64,000 nt of DNA, taken from the IMG/VR virus record IMGVR_UViG_3300030330_005471; one strand, given 5' to 3'. The first letter of the stretch is position 1. Every line of letters begins with the position of its first letter. A model generated the notes under the pieces. It searched no databases and had not been told where the DNA came from. It saw only the letters and a list, made by a program, of their open reading frames with translations. Made by a program: the position numbers and the translations under genes. Of this stretch, positions 14,962 through 25,236 are shown piece after piece. The stretch comes from a virus (Duplodnaviria > Caudoviricetes).

Positions 14962-16599
14962 ATGAAATTAAATGATATATTTCCTGCGGCGCTTAAGGAT
15001 GAAAGAAAATTTGAAATTGATGAAGGTGCTCTAGGTATCTTTTTTCAATATAAACTACCTGAAATCCTGAAACAGGACTTTAAAGAAGGAGAACTTGTTG
15101 ATAAAGCAATAGATGCCCTCTTGTTAGCTGTCCAAGCCTCCTCCAAAGCTAGTATTGGTACGACCAATGATGAAGGTGACCCAGTATCTATAACAGAAGA
15201 GGGTGTGATAAGAAATATTCTTGCAAAAGCCTTAGCTCCTTATTTTGTTGATGGAGCAGAACCAGATACAGATATTGCCAAGAAACTTTTCTCAACAATA
15301 CTAAAAGCAAAAGAAGAAAAATTTGGAACCGGAGGAGCAGAACTAAACTTTCAAGCAGCATATTCTCCTGTCATCGCAAAATTTAAAGCAGTTATATCAA
15401 GTGTGTTGTCAAAGCTTGATAAGCAAATAGCCACAAGTCCTGTCAACATAGAAGATTTACAAACATATAAAACAGAAGTACAGGCATATGATAAAGCAGT
15501 GGATGAAATGGCCACTGTTGTCAATTCAAAAACAAATCAAGAGTTCAAAAACAATTGGGCTAAAATTACGGGAACAGTCGGCGGAATATCAGAAACATTA
15601 ACGAAGGGTGATAAGATAACTGATTTTGTTGATAATGTTGTTAAAAGTGATTCCTCTGCCCGAGAAGATATCAAAGTAGAGCAAGGACCAACAGATGATA
15701 TCAAGATTATAAGTAAAATTATAAGCATGCAACTTCGCCTTATTGGAGCCCGAATGGATGTCATTACTGGCAAAAAACAAAAAGGAATATCAGATTCTGA
15801 TGTTAAAACTAGCCTTCGAGATGCGGAAATCGACATCGGAGAAGATGAATATGAAGCCGCAAAAAAAGAATATGAAGGAGCAGACAAATCATCATATGCA
15901 ACAGGCTTGCTAGGCTTTATAAAAAGCTTATACACAAAAGGCTCTAGAGCATTTAAAAATTTGCTTAATATTAAAGAACCCAGCGACGCTCAAGCAGGGT
16001 TACTCGAAGATATTATAGGGAATGTATATCTTGAGGAAATATCTCGATTACAAGAATCATATGAAACAGCAGGATACAATATAACCGATGCTGCCACAGA
16101 TGATACAATAGTAAAAAATGTAGTCAGACAGCTTGTAAAAAAAACAGGTGAAAGAACTCCGCTTATAGTTGCACAAGACAAAGAAGGCATCATTTTCATA
16201 CAGAGAAAGGGGACTACTTATGAAGCAATATCGAGACAGGTTATTACCAATATCGTACGAAAAGATTTATTAAAGATACCCGAGCTTAAAGACTTTATGG
16301 AAAATAAGAAAGAAATACAACCAGCAGAGATAGGAATTTGGTCCGAAAACCTCGCGAAAGACAGTAGAATGATCCAAAAACTACCGAAAATAAACAACAT
16401 TTACAAAGCGTTTGAAGTTTATCTGCCCGGTATTCAAAAAACCCAAACAGCAAACCTATTATCTTTAGCAGTAACACTACACAGAAACACAAAGAGACTA
16501 CCTGAAGTCAAAAAAAGAAAAGCTGTCAAAAGCTTAATACACCTAATTGAAACAGAAATGAGAAAACATAAAAATCAAGCAAATGTAAAAAGGATATAA
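14962..16599 (+). CDS. hypothetical helical protein (545 aa), probably late
   Basis: Long ORF, AGGA SD, preceded by CTATTTA at 14930-14936. Confidence 0.7.
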   Translation: MKLNDIFPAALKDERKFEIDEGALGIFFQYKLPEILKQDFKEGELVDKAIDALLLAVQASSKASIGTTNDEGDPVSITEEGVIRNILAKALAPYFVDGAEPDTDIAKKLFSTILKAKEEKFGTGGAELNFQAAYSPVIAKFKAVISSVLSKLDKQIATSPVNIEDLQTYKTEVQAYDKAVDEMATVVNSKTNQEFKNNWAKITGTVGGISETLTKGDKITDFVDNVVKSDSSAREDIKVEQGPTDDIKIISKIISMQLRLIGARMDVITGKKQKGISDSDVKTSLRDAEIDIGEDEYEAAKKEYEGADKSSYATGLLGFIKSLYTKGSRAFKNLLNIKEPSDAQAGLLEDIIGNVYLEEISRLQESYETAGYNITDAATDDTIVKNVVRQLVKKTGERTPLIVAQDKEGIIFIQRKGTTYEAISRQVITNIVRKDLLKIPELKDFMENKKEIQPAEIGIWSENLAKDSRMIQKLPKINNIYKAFEVYLPGIQKTQTANLLSLAVTLHRNTKRLPEVKKRKAVKSLIHLIETEMRKHKNQANVKRI

Positions 16600-16600
16600 C

Positions 16601-17929
16601 ATGGCTAAAAAAAACTTAGTGATCGATACGTCGGTATTTCTTTCTGATGCGAGTTGCATCTTCAAACTCGGCAATGCCGATATTTTCATTGCTTTCAAAG
16701 TTTTGGAGGAAATTGACAAGCACAAAAAGCGTCAAGACTCCGTTGGATACAATGCTCGAAAGATTATTAAAATAATGGACGAGTTTAGAGCAAAAGGGTG
16801 CCTTTCGAATGGAGTTCGTATTGGCAAAGGTAAAGGAATATTTAAGGTTGAAGAAGGAAGGGCAAAATTGCCTGAAGGTCTTTCAATGGATGTTTCTGAC
16901 CATCAGATTATCGCAACTGCACTTTATGTCAAAGAGCAATATCCAAAAAGAAAAACTGTTATGTTATCTCGAGATATCAACTTCCGAGTCATATCAGATT
17001 CTGTTGGCATCCCTGCTGAAGATTATGTTACATCTCAAGTGGTTGACGATACAGATAAGATATTCACAGGACTTTCAGAATTGGTCGTTGATGATGAATT
17101 GATTGATCAGTTTTACGCTGATGAAGAGATTATCTTTGACAAACAGTTCCAACGAGAGAGAAAGATAAGACTATATTGCAATCAGTTTGTAATGCTTATC
17201 TCGTCCTCTAACGACAAAAAGACGGCACTTGGTAGGTACTTTAGTGATACGGCTCCTATTAAGCGTGTGAACGACCATAAAAAGGATCTTTCATGGGGTG
17301 TTGTTCCGAGAAACAAAGAACAATCTTTTGCATATGATCTCTTGTTTGACGACGATGTTCCTCTTATCTCCTTGATTGGACGAGCCGGCTCTGGTAAAAC
17401 TTTAATGGCAATAGCTGCTGCAATGGAACAAACGCTTGGTTTTGGAGATAAGAAATATAATAAAATTGTTATATCTCGACCTGTTCAACCAATGGGTAAA
17501 GATATCGGGTTCTTGCCCGGAGACATGAAAGAAAAAATGTTACCATGGCTCATGCCTATTCAAGATAACCTCCAAACAATGGTTGGAGATAAAGTAATGC
17601 TGGATTCTTTTATCGAACAAGGAAAGATTGAGATCGAAGCTCTTACATATATTCGAGGAAGATCTATCAATAATGCCTTTATGATCATTGACGAAGCCCA
17701 AAACCTAACAGCCCACGAAGTGAAGACTATTATAACCCGTGTTGGAGAGAACACAAAGGTGGTTTTAACGGGCGATATTGAACAAATAGATAACCTATAT
17801 ACTAACGAAACTTCCAACGGCTTAACGTACGCTGTTGAGCGTTTTAAAGAATACAACCTTGCTGGACATGTTACCTTTACAAAAGGTGAACGTTCCAGAA
17901 TTGCGACATTGGCATCAAAGATTTTGTAA
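16601..17929 (+). CDS. phoH: PIN-domain PhoH family protein
   Basis: N-terminal PIN VIDTSVFL...EEID...SDHQI...SRDIN; Walker A GRAGSGKT; IGFLPG; YIRGRS; IIDEAQN; LTGDIEQID. Confidence 0.95.
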   Translation: MAKKNLVIDTSVFLSDASCIFKLGNADIFIAFKVLEEIDKHKKRQDSVGYNARKIIKIMDEFRAKGCLSNGVRIGKGKGIFKVEEGRAKLPEGLSMDVSDHQIIATALYVKEQYPKRKTVMLSRDINFRVISDSVGIPAEDYVTSQVVDDTDKIFTGLSELVVDDELIDQFYADEEIIFDKQFQRERKIRLYCNQFVMLISSSNDKKTALGRYFSDTAPIKRVNDHKKDLSWGVVPRNKEQSFAYDLLFDDDVPLISLIGRAGSGKTLMAIAAAMEQTLGFGDKKYNKIVISRPVQPMGKDIGFLPGDMKEKMLPWLMPIQDNLQTMVGDKVMLDSFIEQGKIEIEALTYIRGRSINNAFMIIDEAQNLTAHEVKTIITRVGENTKVVLTGDIEQIDNLYTNETSNGLTYAVERFKEYNLAGHVTFTKGERSRIATLASKIL

Positions 17930-17967
17930 TTTCCTTTGCTCCGAGATAATTAAGTTATAAAAAAAAT

Positions 17968-17996
17968 TTGACAAAATATAGTGAGTATGTTATAAT
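17968..17996 (+). promoter_or_regulatory. sigma70-type promoter
   Basis: TTGACA-17-TATAAT with TG extension. Confidence 0.88.
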
Positions 17997-18018
17997 ACCA
18001 TTATAGTAAGGAGAAGTA

Positions 18019-18696
18019 ATGAGTTGGCTAGAAAACTCTATGAAAGAAGCAAAAAACTTAAAGGATCACTACATTATGCAAGGGGTGGATATATTCATTA
18101 AAGACAAACTCGATTCAAACATTGATGTCGATTTCGTTGTTCGATATATCTCAACCCGTCTCCCAAAGCATTTAATGATCTCTGTCGACATTATCTATGT
18201 TGGACACTTTAAGATGCTTGTTGATAGAGAAGTAACAGCCATCTATGAGGATGGAGCTATTTACTTGTCAAATGAACAAGATTCTGAAATGGACATGATC
18301 GATGATCTTATTCACGAAATAGCACACTCAAATGAAAAAAGATATCAAGATATAATCTATGGAGACGGAAAACTTGAATCTGAATTCTTAGCAAAGCGTA
18401 GAGCACTTCAAAATGTTCTTCTCAACCAAGAGAAGAAATACAAAGTGCCAATTCATTTTGCTTTAGATCCAACATATAGTAATGTAATCGATGATTTTTT
18501 ATACAAAGATGTTGGGTATAGTGCGTTGTGGCAAATGGTTCCGGGAATATTCCCCTCTCCATACGCTGCGACGTCTCTTCGTGAATACTTCGCGAGAGGC
18601 TTTGAAGAATACTTTATGGGTAATCCAAAAGAATTAAAAGAAGCCTGTCCTGTACTATACTCAAAGATGTATAAATTACACAATATGGAGGACTAA
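18019..18696 (+). CDS. zincin-like metallopeptidase domain protein
   Basis: LIHEIAHS plus downstream YAATSLREYFA...F. Confidence 0.65.
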   Translation: MSWLENSMKEAKNLKDHYIMQGVDIFIKDKLDSNIDVDFVVRYISTRLPKHLMISVDIIYVGHFKMLVDREVTAIYEDGAIYLSNEQDSEMDMIDDLIHEIAHSNEKRYQDIIYGDGKLESEFLAKRRALQNVLLNQEKKYKVPIHFALDPTYSNVIDDFLYKDVGYSALWQMVPGIFPSPYAATSLREYFARGFEEYFMGNPKELKEACPVLYSKMYKLHNMED

Positions 18697-19475
18697 TGCA
18701 TATATCATACTCAGAACTTAAACTATGGGCGGAGTGCGCATGGAAACACAAGCTTGTATATAAGGATAAAATAAAGAAATTTGTTGGAAACGAATACACG
18801 GCTTTTGGTAGAGCATTACACCTATTGTGTGAGAATGCTATTGAAGATAAGATTCAAGAAGAAGATCATGATGACTTTTTCGAAGCTGCTTTCCAAAAAG
18901 AGATTGTGGATCTCATGAGGAAAGAAGTTGAACTTGATCAAAAGATGATAGACGATATGCTTGAACAAGCAAAGAGAATCTCTCCAAAGATTATTCCTGA
19001 AGTTGTTAAATACTTTGACAATTATGAGGTTGTTTCTGTTGAAGAAAATCTTATGCTTCCAGTGAAAGAAGTTAAAGACCTATCATACAACTTCAAGGGT
19101 TATATTGATTTAGTCCTGAAGACATCTGATGGTAAATATCACATTATCGATTGGAAAACTTGTTCATGGGGTTGGGACGCAAAAAAGCGTTCTGATAAAT
19201 TTATAACATATCAGTTAACTCTTTATAAGAAGTTTTTCTGCCAAAAGCACGATATTGATCCAAAGATGGTTGAAACTCATTTTGCCCTCTTAAAAAGAAC
19301 AGCAAAGAAAGATCACGTTGAGATCTTCCGAGTAACATCTGGTCCTCGTAAAACACAAAACGCCACAGACTTGCTTATACAGGGCATCAAAACAATAAAT
19401 AGTGGTGTTCATTTTAAGAACAGAAACTCATGCAAATTCTGTGAATTCAATAACACTGAGCATTGCCCGAGATAA
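18696..19475 (+). CDS. PD-(D/E)XK nuclease (Cas4/RecB-like)
   Basis: ISYSEL...C, FGRALH, GYIDLV, IIDWKT, QLTLY, C-terminal CKFC...C. Confidence 0.88.
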   Translation: MHISYSELKLWAECAWKHKLVYKDKIKKFVGNEYTAFGRALHLLCENAIEDKIQEEDHDDFFEAAFQKEIVDLMRKEVELDQKMIDDMLEQAKRISPKIIPEVVKYFDNYEVVSVEENLMLPVKEVKDLSYNFKGYIDLVLKTSDGKYHIIDWKTCSWGWDAKKRSDKFITYQLTLYKKFFCQKHDIDPKMVETHFALLKRTAKKDHVEIFRVTSGPRKTQNATDLLIQGIKTINSGVHFKNRNSCKFCEFNNTEHCPR

Positions 19476-19500
19476 AAAAATAAAAAAATAAAAAAAATAT

Positions 19501-19529
19501 TTGACAAAGCCATCACAACGTGTTATAAT
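19501..19529 (+). promoter_or_regulatory. sigma70-type promoter with A-tract UP element
   Basis: TTGACA-17-TATAAT with TG extension; three A7-8 tracts at 19474-19497. Confidence 0.88.
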
Positions 19530-19556
19530 ATAAGTAAAAACAAAATGAGGTGATAA

Positions 19557-20810
19557 TTGTCAAAAATTAAAGTGTTGACTTTGAGTGACCACCCACTTTC
19601 TCCATCGGGTGTTGGAACTCAAACAAAGTACATGTGTGAAGCTCTTCTCAAAACGGGAAGATATGAGATTATAAGTTTAGGTGGTGCGATAAAGCATAAA
19701 AATTATAATCCGGTTCAAGTCGAGCCATATGGAGAAGATTGGAAGATTGTTCCGGTCGATGGCTACGGAACTCAAGATATGATACGCTCTATCTTAAAAA
19801 CAGAGAAGCCTGACATTCTCTGGTTTATGACCGACCCCCGCTTTTATGGGTGGTTATGGGAGATTGAAAATGAAATACGTCCTCTTTGTTCAATGGTTTA
19901 CTACCATGTTTGGGACAACTTTCCTACACCTATGTTTAACCGTAGGTATTATCTCTCTAACGATCATATTGCCACTATCTCTAAAGTTACTGATGAAATT
20001 GTTAAACAGGCAGCACCAGAAGTAGACAGAACATACATACCACATGCGGTTCACCCCGATGTTTTTAGACCTTTTTCCGATGAAGATATCAAGAAGATAA
20101 GAGAAAACTCTTTGATTCCTGAAGATCGGGAAAAGGTCATTTTCTTTTGGAACAATAGAAATGCTAGAAGAAAGCAATCTGGGACTCTTGTCTGGTGGTT
20201 TAAAGAATGGCTTGATAAAGAAAACTTGCATGACAAAGCTTGTCTTATAATGCACACAGAGCCAAAAGATCCTCACGGACAAGATCTTGAACATATCATC
20301 AATCATCTAAAGCTAGAAGATAGACAGATCATGCTATCAACTCAAAAGATCTCCCCTCAAGATCTAGCATCTATGTATAATATGGTCGACTGTACCATTA
20401 ACATCTCAGACGCTGAGGGTTTTGGTTTGGCAACTCTTGAATCATTATCTTGCGGAACTCCCATCATTGTCAATATGACAGGAGGACTACAAGAACAAGT
20501 TACCGACGGAAACAACGAATTCGGAATACCCATCTTTCCTACCTCAAAGTCTGTCATAGGCTCTCAGCAAGTTCCATATATCTATGAAGATAGGATAAGC
20601 AAGAAACAGTTTCATTCTGCTCTAAACAAGATATATAAGATGGGACAAGAGAACAGGAGACAGCTTGGAATGGATGGTCGACAACATGTATTAGACAACT
20701 ACAACTTTCTTAACTTTGAAAAGCAATGGGTTGAGACAATGGATTCGGTATATGAAAAGAAAAATAGCCGAGACATCATCAACATTATTCGTTTTAAGGA
20801 GGTTGCATAA
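19557..20810 (+). CDS. glycosyltransferase, GT4-like (GT-B)
   Basis: NRNARRK; SDAEGFGLATLESLSCGTPII; TGGLQEQV. Confidence 0.9.
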   Translation: MSKIKVLTLSDHPLSPSGVGTQTKYMCEALLKTGRYEIISLGGAIKHKNYNPVQVEPYGEDWKIVPVDGYGTQDMIRSILKTEKPDILWFMTDPRFYGWLWEIENEIRPLCSMVYYHVWDNFPTPMFNRRYYLSNDHIATISKVTDEIVKQAAPEVDRTYIPHAVHPDVFRPFSDEDIKKIRENSLIPEDREKVIFFWNNRNARRKQSGTLVWWFKEWLDKENLHDKACLIMHTEPKDPHGQDLEHIINHLKLEDRQIMLSTQKISPQDLASMYNMVDCTINISDAEGFGLATLESLSCGTPIIVNMTGGLQEQVTDGNNEFGIPIFPTSKSVIGSQQVPYIYEDRISKKQFHSALNKIYKMGQENRRQLGMDGRQHVLDNYNFLNFEKQWVETMDSVYEKKNSRDIINIIRFKEVA

Positions 20811-22048
20811 TGAAGAAGAAGATATTTGTAAGAGGTCCCGTATTATCACAGAGTGGATACGGAGAACAATCTCGTTTCGCTTTGAGAGCGTTGAAGAGTC
20901 GAGAAGACTTATTTGATATTTATATCCAACCTATTCCATGGGGAAAAACCGGATGGATATGGCAAGAAGATGAATTACGTGAATGGATGGATAACAGAAT
21001 AGCTGAGACTCAAATACTCGGACAACAAAAACGACTAAACCCAGATATTTCACTACAGATTACAATACCAAACGAGTTTGAGAAACTATGTCCAGTAAAT
21101 ATAGCATACACAGCCGGTATTGAAACAAATAAATGTTCACCTCAATGGTTGCCTAAGTGTAATGAGATGGACAAGGTACTAGTTGTATCAAACCATGCAA
21201 AAACATCATTAGTTGACACGGTTGCAACAGCAAAGAATAACCAAACCGGCGAAGAGTTTCCTTATCGTTGTGAAACTCCCGTCGAAGTTGTGTGGGAAAA
21301 CACACCAAGACACGAACCAGAGGAGATAAATGGATTCGAATTACAATATGATAATAACTTCCTTGTTGTATCCCAAATGGGACCAAGAAAGAACTTTGAG
21401 AACACCGTCAAATGGTTTGTTGAAGAGTTTATCGACCAAGAAGTTGGTCTTGTTATTAAGACGAATGTTCGCTCGAACTGTTTGATGGATTTTGAAGCAA
21501 CTGAAAACATTCTTAAGAATATGCTTTCAAACTACCCAGAACGCAAATGCAAGGTCTATTTGCTTCACGGGGACCTAACCCCCGGTCAAATGACTGGACT
21601 CTATAGGAACCCCAAAATAGCCGCTTTAGTGAACATCTCTCATGGTGAAGGATTCGGACTTCCAATGTTTGAAGCTGCGAGAGAAGGTTTGCCGGTTGTC
21701 GCAATCGGATGGTCAGGACAAGTTGACTTTCTTCATGATAATGGCAAAGACTATTTCCAAAAGGTTGACTTCACAATGCAACCCGTGCAACCACAAGCTG
21801 TATGGGACGGAGTAATTGAGAAAGAATCTATGTGGGCGTTTGCTGATCAGGGAAGCTACAAGATGACCTTGAGAAGAACGCTAAAGAATATTGATAAGTG
21901 TCGAGAGACTGCTAAGGAGCTACAAGAGATTGTGAATGAGCGGTTTAGTGATGAAAGATTGTTTGAAGGGTTTTGTCATTCAATCTACAAACCTGACCCT
22001 GAAGTTGAAGAGTGGCTAGCTGAATTAGAGGAAATGGTAGATGCATAA
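20810..22048 (+). CDS. glycosyltransferase, GT4-like (GT-B)
   Basis: SGYG; PRKN; HGEGFGLPMFEAA...PVVA.GWSGQVDF. Confidence 0.9.
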   Translation: MKKKIFVRGPVLSQSGYGEQSRFALRALKSREDLFDIYIQPIPWGKTGWIWQEDELREWMDNRIAETQILGQQKRLNPDISLQITIPNEFEKLCPVNIAYTAGIETNKCSPQWLPKCNEMDKVLVVSNHAKTSLVDTVATAKNNQTGEEFPYRCETPVEVVWENTPRHEPEEINGFELQYDNNFLVVSQMGPRKNFENTVKWFVEEFIDQEVGLVIKTNVRSNCLMDFEATENILKNMLSNYPERKCKVYLLHGDLTPGQMTGLYRNPKIAALVNISHGEGFGLPMFEAAREGLPVVAIGWSGQVDFLHDNGKDYFQKVDFTMQPVQPQAVWDGVIEKESMWAFADQGSYKMTLRRTLKNIDKCRETAKELQEIVNERFSDERLFEGFCHSIYKPDPEVEEWLAELEEMVDA

Positions 22049-22892
22049 AGAAATTATATTTTTATCTGATTTTTATTACCCTGAATTCACAGGCGGTGCT
22101 GAATTAAATGATTATTCTTTAATTTCAAGACTCACAGAGGCAAGAAATTTAAAAATTTGTAAAATGAAATGTGCAGAGGTAGATTTGAATTTTATTAAAG
22201 ATAACAAAAGCAGTAAATTTATAGTTTCAAACTTTGTCACATTACCAGAAGCGGTTAAAAAGTATCTAATTTCTGACTGTAGATATATAATTTACGAACA
22301 CGATCACAAATATCTAAAGAAAAGAAATCCTATTTTTTATAAGGATTTTGTTGCACCCGAGCAAGAACTAGCAAATCAACAATTTTATAAAAATGCCGAG
22401 TCTGTAGTTTGTTTGACAAAACTAGCAGTTGATGTCTTTAAAGCAAATACTGGTTTGAATAACGCTTCTAGGATAGGCTCCTCTGTATGGACTGATAGTG
22501 ATCTTGACTATATTAACAAAATTAGAAAGAAAAATAAGAAAAATTGTTTTGCAATTATGGATAGTGAAAATCCAATAAAGAAAAAATATCAATGCATTGA
22601 ATATTGTAAGAAAAACAATATAAATTTTGAATTGATAAAAGATAACAGACACAGACACTTTTTAGATAGATTGAGCGAATACAGTGGACTAGTTTTTATG
22701 ACAGGGCACTTGGAAACGTGTTGTAGGATTATCGTTGAAGCAAAAATGTTGAATTTAAAAGTCATCACACAGAAAAAACTCATTGGAGCTGCTTCTGAGG
22801 AGTCTTTTAAATTAAACGGTGAACAGTTGGTCGACGAAATTAGAAGAGTATCTGCTAACTCGGTCAATTTATTTTTTGGAGGTAAACAATGA
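22041..22892 (+). CDS. putative GT-B glycosyltransferase-like protein
   Basis: GGAE N-terminal motif; ETCCRIIVEAKML resembles the GT4 Ex7E motif. Confidence 0.6.
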   Translation: MHKEIIFLSDFYYPEFTGGAELNDYSLISRLTEARNLKICKMKCAEVDLNFIKDNKSSKFIVSNFVTLPEAVKKYLISDCRYIIYEHDHKYLKKRNPIFYKDFVAPEQELANQQFYKNAESVVCLTKLAVDVFKANTGLNNASRIGSSVWTDSDLDYINKIRKKNKKNCFAIMDSENPIKKKYQCIEYCKKNNINFELIKDNRHRHFLDRLSEYSGLVFMTGHLETCCRIIVEAKMLNLKVITQKKLIGAASEESFKLNGEQLVDEIRRVSANSVNLFFGGKQ

Positions 22893-23182
22893 TTTATTAT
22901 ATTGATATTGATGAAACAATAGCGGAAACACCCGTTGACCGTGATTATACAAAAAGTAAGCCAATTATGAAGAACATAGATAAAGCTAACAAACTTTATG
23001 AAAAGGGAAATACAATAATTTACTGGACAGCAAGGGGTACCGTTAGCGGCTTAAATTGGAGAACTGTAACAGAAAAACAATTTGCTGACTGGGGTGTTAA
23101 ATATCATGAGTTGAAATTCGGAAAACCAAATTACGACATTTTAATTTGTGATAAGGCAATGAATTCAGAGGATTGGGAATGA
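22889..23182 (+). CDS. capless HAD phosphatase (capsule-biosynthesis type)
   Basis: IDIDET, YWTARG, GKP.YD...DK. Confidence 0.8.
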   Translation: MIYYIDIDETIAETPVDRDYTKSKPIMKNIDKANKLYEKGNTIIYWTARGTVSGLNWRTVTEKQFADWGVKYHELKFGKPNYDILICDKAMNSEDWE

Positions 23183-23817
23183 AAATAGTTTCAGTTATTA
23201 CTGCTCGCGGAGGAAGTAAAGGTGTACCTAGAAAAAACATTGTTGATGTGAATGGAAAGCCACTAATTTGGTATTCTATAAAGGCATCTTTAGATTCCAT
23301 TGTAGATGAAACTTGGGTGTCAACTGAGGATAAAGAGATAAAAAAGATTTCCCTCCTCAGCGGAGCAAAAGTTATAGACAGGCCTAAACATCTAGCAGAT
23401 GATATTATAATGCCAGACCCAGCACTATTACATGCGGCTGAAAATATCGATTTTGATGTTTTAGTATTTATCCAACCTTGTGCTGCTTTGATAAAGCCAA
23501 AATTTATTAATGAAGGTGTGAATTTGATAATTGAAAAAGGCTATGATTCTTCATTTGCTGTTGTTAGAGAAAGTTGGATGCCCGTTTGGACACTTGATGT
23601 CAAACCTATTGACTGGGATATTCACAGTAGACCCCGTAGGCAAGATAAGGAAGAGTGGTATAAGGAAGCTGGTATGTTCTATGTTACAACTAGAGAAGCT
23701 CTACTACAAAGTGGCTTAAGGTACAGTGGGAACATTGGGACCGTAGAGATACCCCTAAAAGACAGTTTTCAAATAGACAACTATCAAGATTTAGAACTCT
23801 TAAGGAAGGTTTTATGA
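23179..23817 (+). CDS. neuA: CMP-N-acylneuraminate (nonulosonate) synthetase
   Basis: ITARGGSKGVPRKN, GKPLI, VSTED, PRRQD, QID...DL. Confidence 0.92.
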   Translation: MKIVSVITARGGSKGVPRKNIVDVNGKPLIWYSIKASLDSIVDETWVSTEDKEIKKISLLSGAKVIDRPKHLADDIIMPDPALLHAAENIDFDVLVFIQPCAALIKPKFINEGVNLIIEKGYDSSFAVVRESWMPVWTLDVKPIDWDIHSRPRRQDKEEWYKEAGMFYVTTREALLQSGLRYSGNIGTVEIPLKDSFQIDNYQDLELLRKVL

Positions 23818-24563
23818 TAGTGGCAGAAATAGGTTTGAATCATATGGGTTGTGAGAAGTATTTAATGGATTATGTTAAGCATTTGATAGATTCTCCTGTC
23901 GATGCTATAACCCTACAGATAAGAGAAGAAAAATTTTATAAAAATACAAATTTTGGGGATTTGACCCTAGAACAGAGTGTCTATGATAAAGTTCATAAAA
24001 TAGTGTCTTCTAATAAAAAGAAATTTGGAATAGCAATTTCAGATTTAAGTTATCTTTCGTATTTTAATGACAAAGTTGACTTCTATAAAGTTTTAAGTAA
24101 AGACTTAAACAATGATGAAATCATGAACAAACTTATCAATCAAGTTGATAAGCCTATTTTTGTCTCAACGGGCCTGTCTTCATGTGATGAGATAAATTTA
24201 TTTATAAATAAAATAAAAGTTGACAAGAAGAAAAACATAAGTTTAATACATACAAGATTGAGCAATAGGGTTGAAGATACTAATTTAAAAGCAATAGAGA
24301 AGATGAAAAAACAATTCAAACTACCAGTAGCTTTTGGAAACCATTGTGAGAATCCAATGGTCACATACGCAGCTCTAGCTTTTGAACCCTCCGCTATTTT
24401 TTTATACATTAAAGGAAACAAGACCATTCAGCATCCTGACAACAATCACGCAATTCTTTTAAAGGATATCAGAGAATATTCAACAAATATTAAACAAATT
24501 GTAAAGTCTATTGGTAATGGACACAAAGAAATAACACATAACTCAATAAAGGGGCAAATATGA
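23814..24563 (+). CDS. neuB: NeuB-like nonulosonate synthase, short form without SAF domain
   Basis: IVAEIGLNHMG, KPIFVSTG, NLKAI..MK..F.LPVAFGNH, HPD. Confidence 0.75.
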   Translation: MIVAEIGLNHMGCEKYLMDYVKHLIDSPVDAITLQIREEKFYKNTNFGDLTLEQSVYDKVHKIVSSNKKKFGIAISDLSYLSYFNDKVDFYKVLSKDLNNDEIMNKLINQVDKPIFVSTGLSSCDEINLFINKIKVDKKKNISLIHTRLSNRVEDTNLKAIEKMKKQFKLPVAFGNHCENPMVTYAALAFEPSAIFLYIKGNKTIQHPDNNHAILLKDIREYSTNIKQIVKSIGNGHKEITHNSIKGQI

Positions 24564-25210
24564 GCAAAAAAGCAGTAGTAGTAGCAGGTTCCAGAGGTAT
24601 AGGTAAAGCAATCGCGGACTGCCTCTCAGACTTAAATTTTGATGTACTGGCTACCTCAAAAAAAGACCTAGATACATCAAATTTAAAAACAGTAAAAGAA
24701 TTTATAAATAAAAATCAAGAAACAGACGTCTTAGTACTAAACACAGGGGGTCCACCCGCTATTAACTTTTACAACATAACAGAAGATGAATTTCAAAAGT
24801 ACCATAATCAACTATTCTTGAGTTTCTGCTTGATGCTGCAGAATATTGAGATAAGAGATGGGGGATATGTTTTCTTAATTTCTTCATTCAATATTAAGGA
24901 ACCAAATCCGAAACTCTTACTTTCTAATTGCTACAGAATAGCATTTACTAGTGTTTTAAAGTCTCTTTCAAGAGAATTATCAAAGAGAAATGTAACCTGC
25001 ATAAACATAGCACCCGGACCAATAAAAACTGAAAGGTTGTATAATTTGGTAGAGAACATGGAAGAGTTTGAAAAACAATTACCACTACAGCGAGCCGCTG
25101 AACCATCAGAACTAGGACTTTTTGTAAAAACAATTGTTGAAAATAACATAAAATACTTGAATGGTGTCACAATTAATTTTGACGGTGGTCATTCAAATTA
25201 TGTTTTATAA
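24560..25210 (+). CDS. short-chain dehydrogenase/reductase
   Basis: AGSRGIG, NTGGP, IAPGPIKT, FDGG. Confidence 0.88.
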   Translation: MSKKAVVVAGSRGIGKAIADCLSDLNFDVLATSKKDLDTSNLKTVKEFINKNQETDVLVLNTGGPPAINFYNITEDEFQKYHNQLFLSFCLMLQNIEIRDGGYVFLISSFNIKEPNPKLLLSNCYRIAFTSVLKSLSRELSKRNVTCINIAPGPIKTERLYNLVENMEEFEKQLPLQRAAEPSELGLFVKTIVENNIKYLNGVTINFDGGHSNYVL

Positions 25211-25236
25211 ATTTATATTTTAAAAAAGGAAAAAAA

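Noticed and set aside
18696-19499. Cas4-like nuclease and adjacent A-rich repeats as a CRISPR-Cas locus
   Set aside because: No repeat-spacer array or other cas genes; the repeats are simple A-tracts upstream of a promoter, and stand-alone Cas4-like nucleases are common in phages
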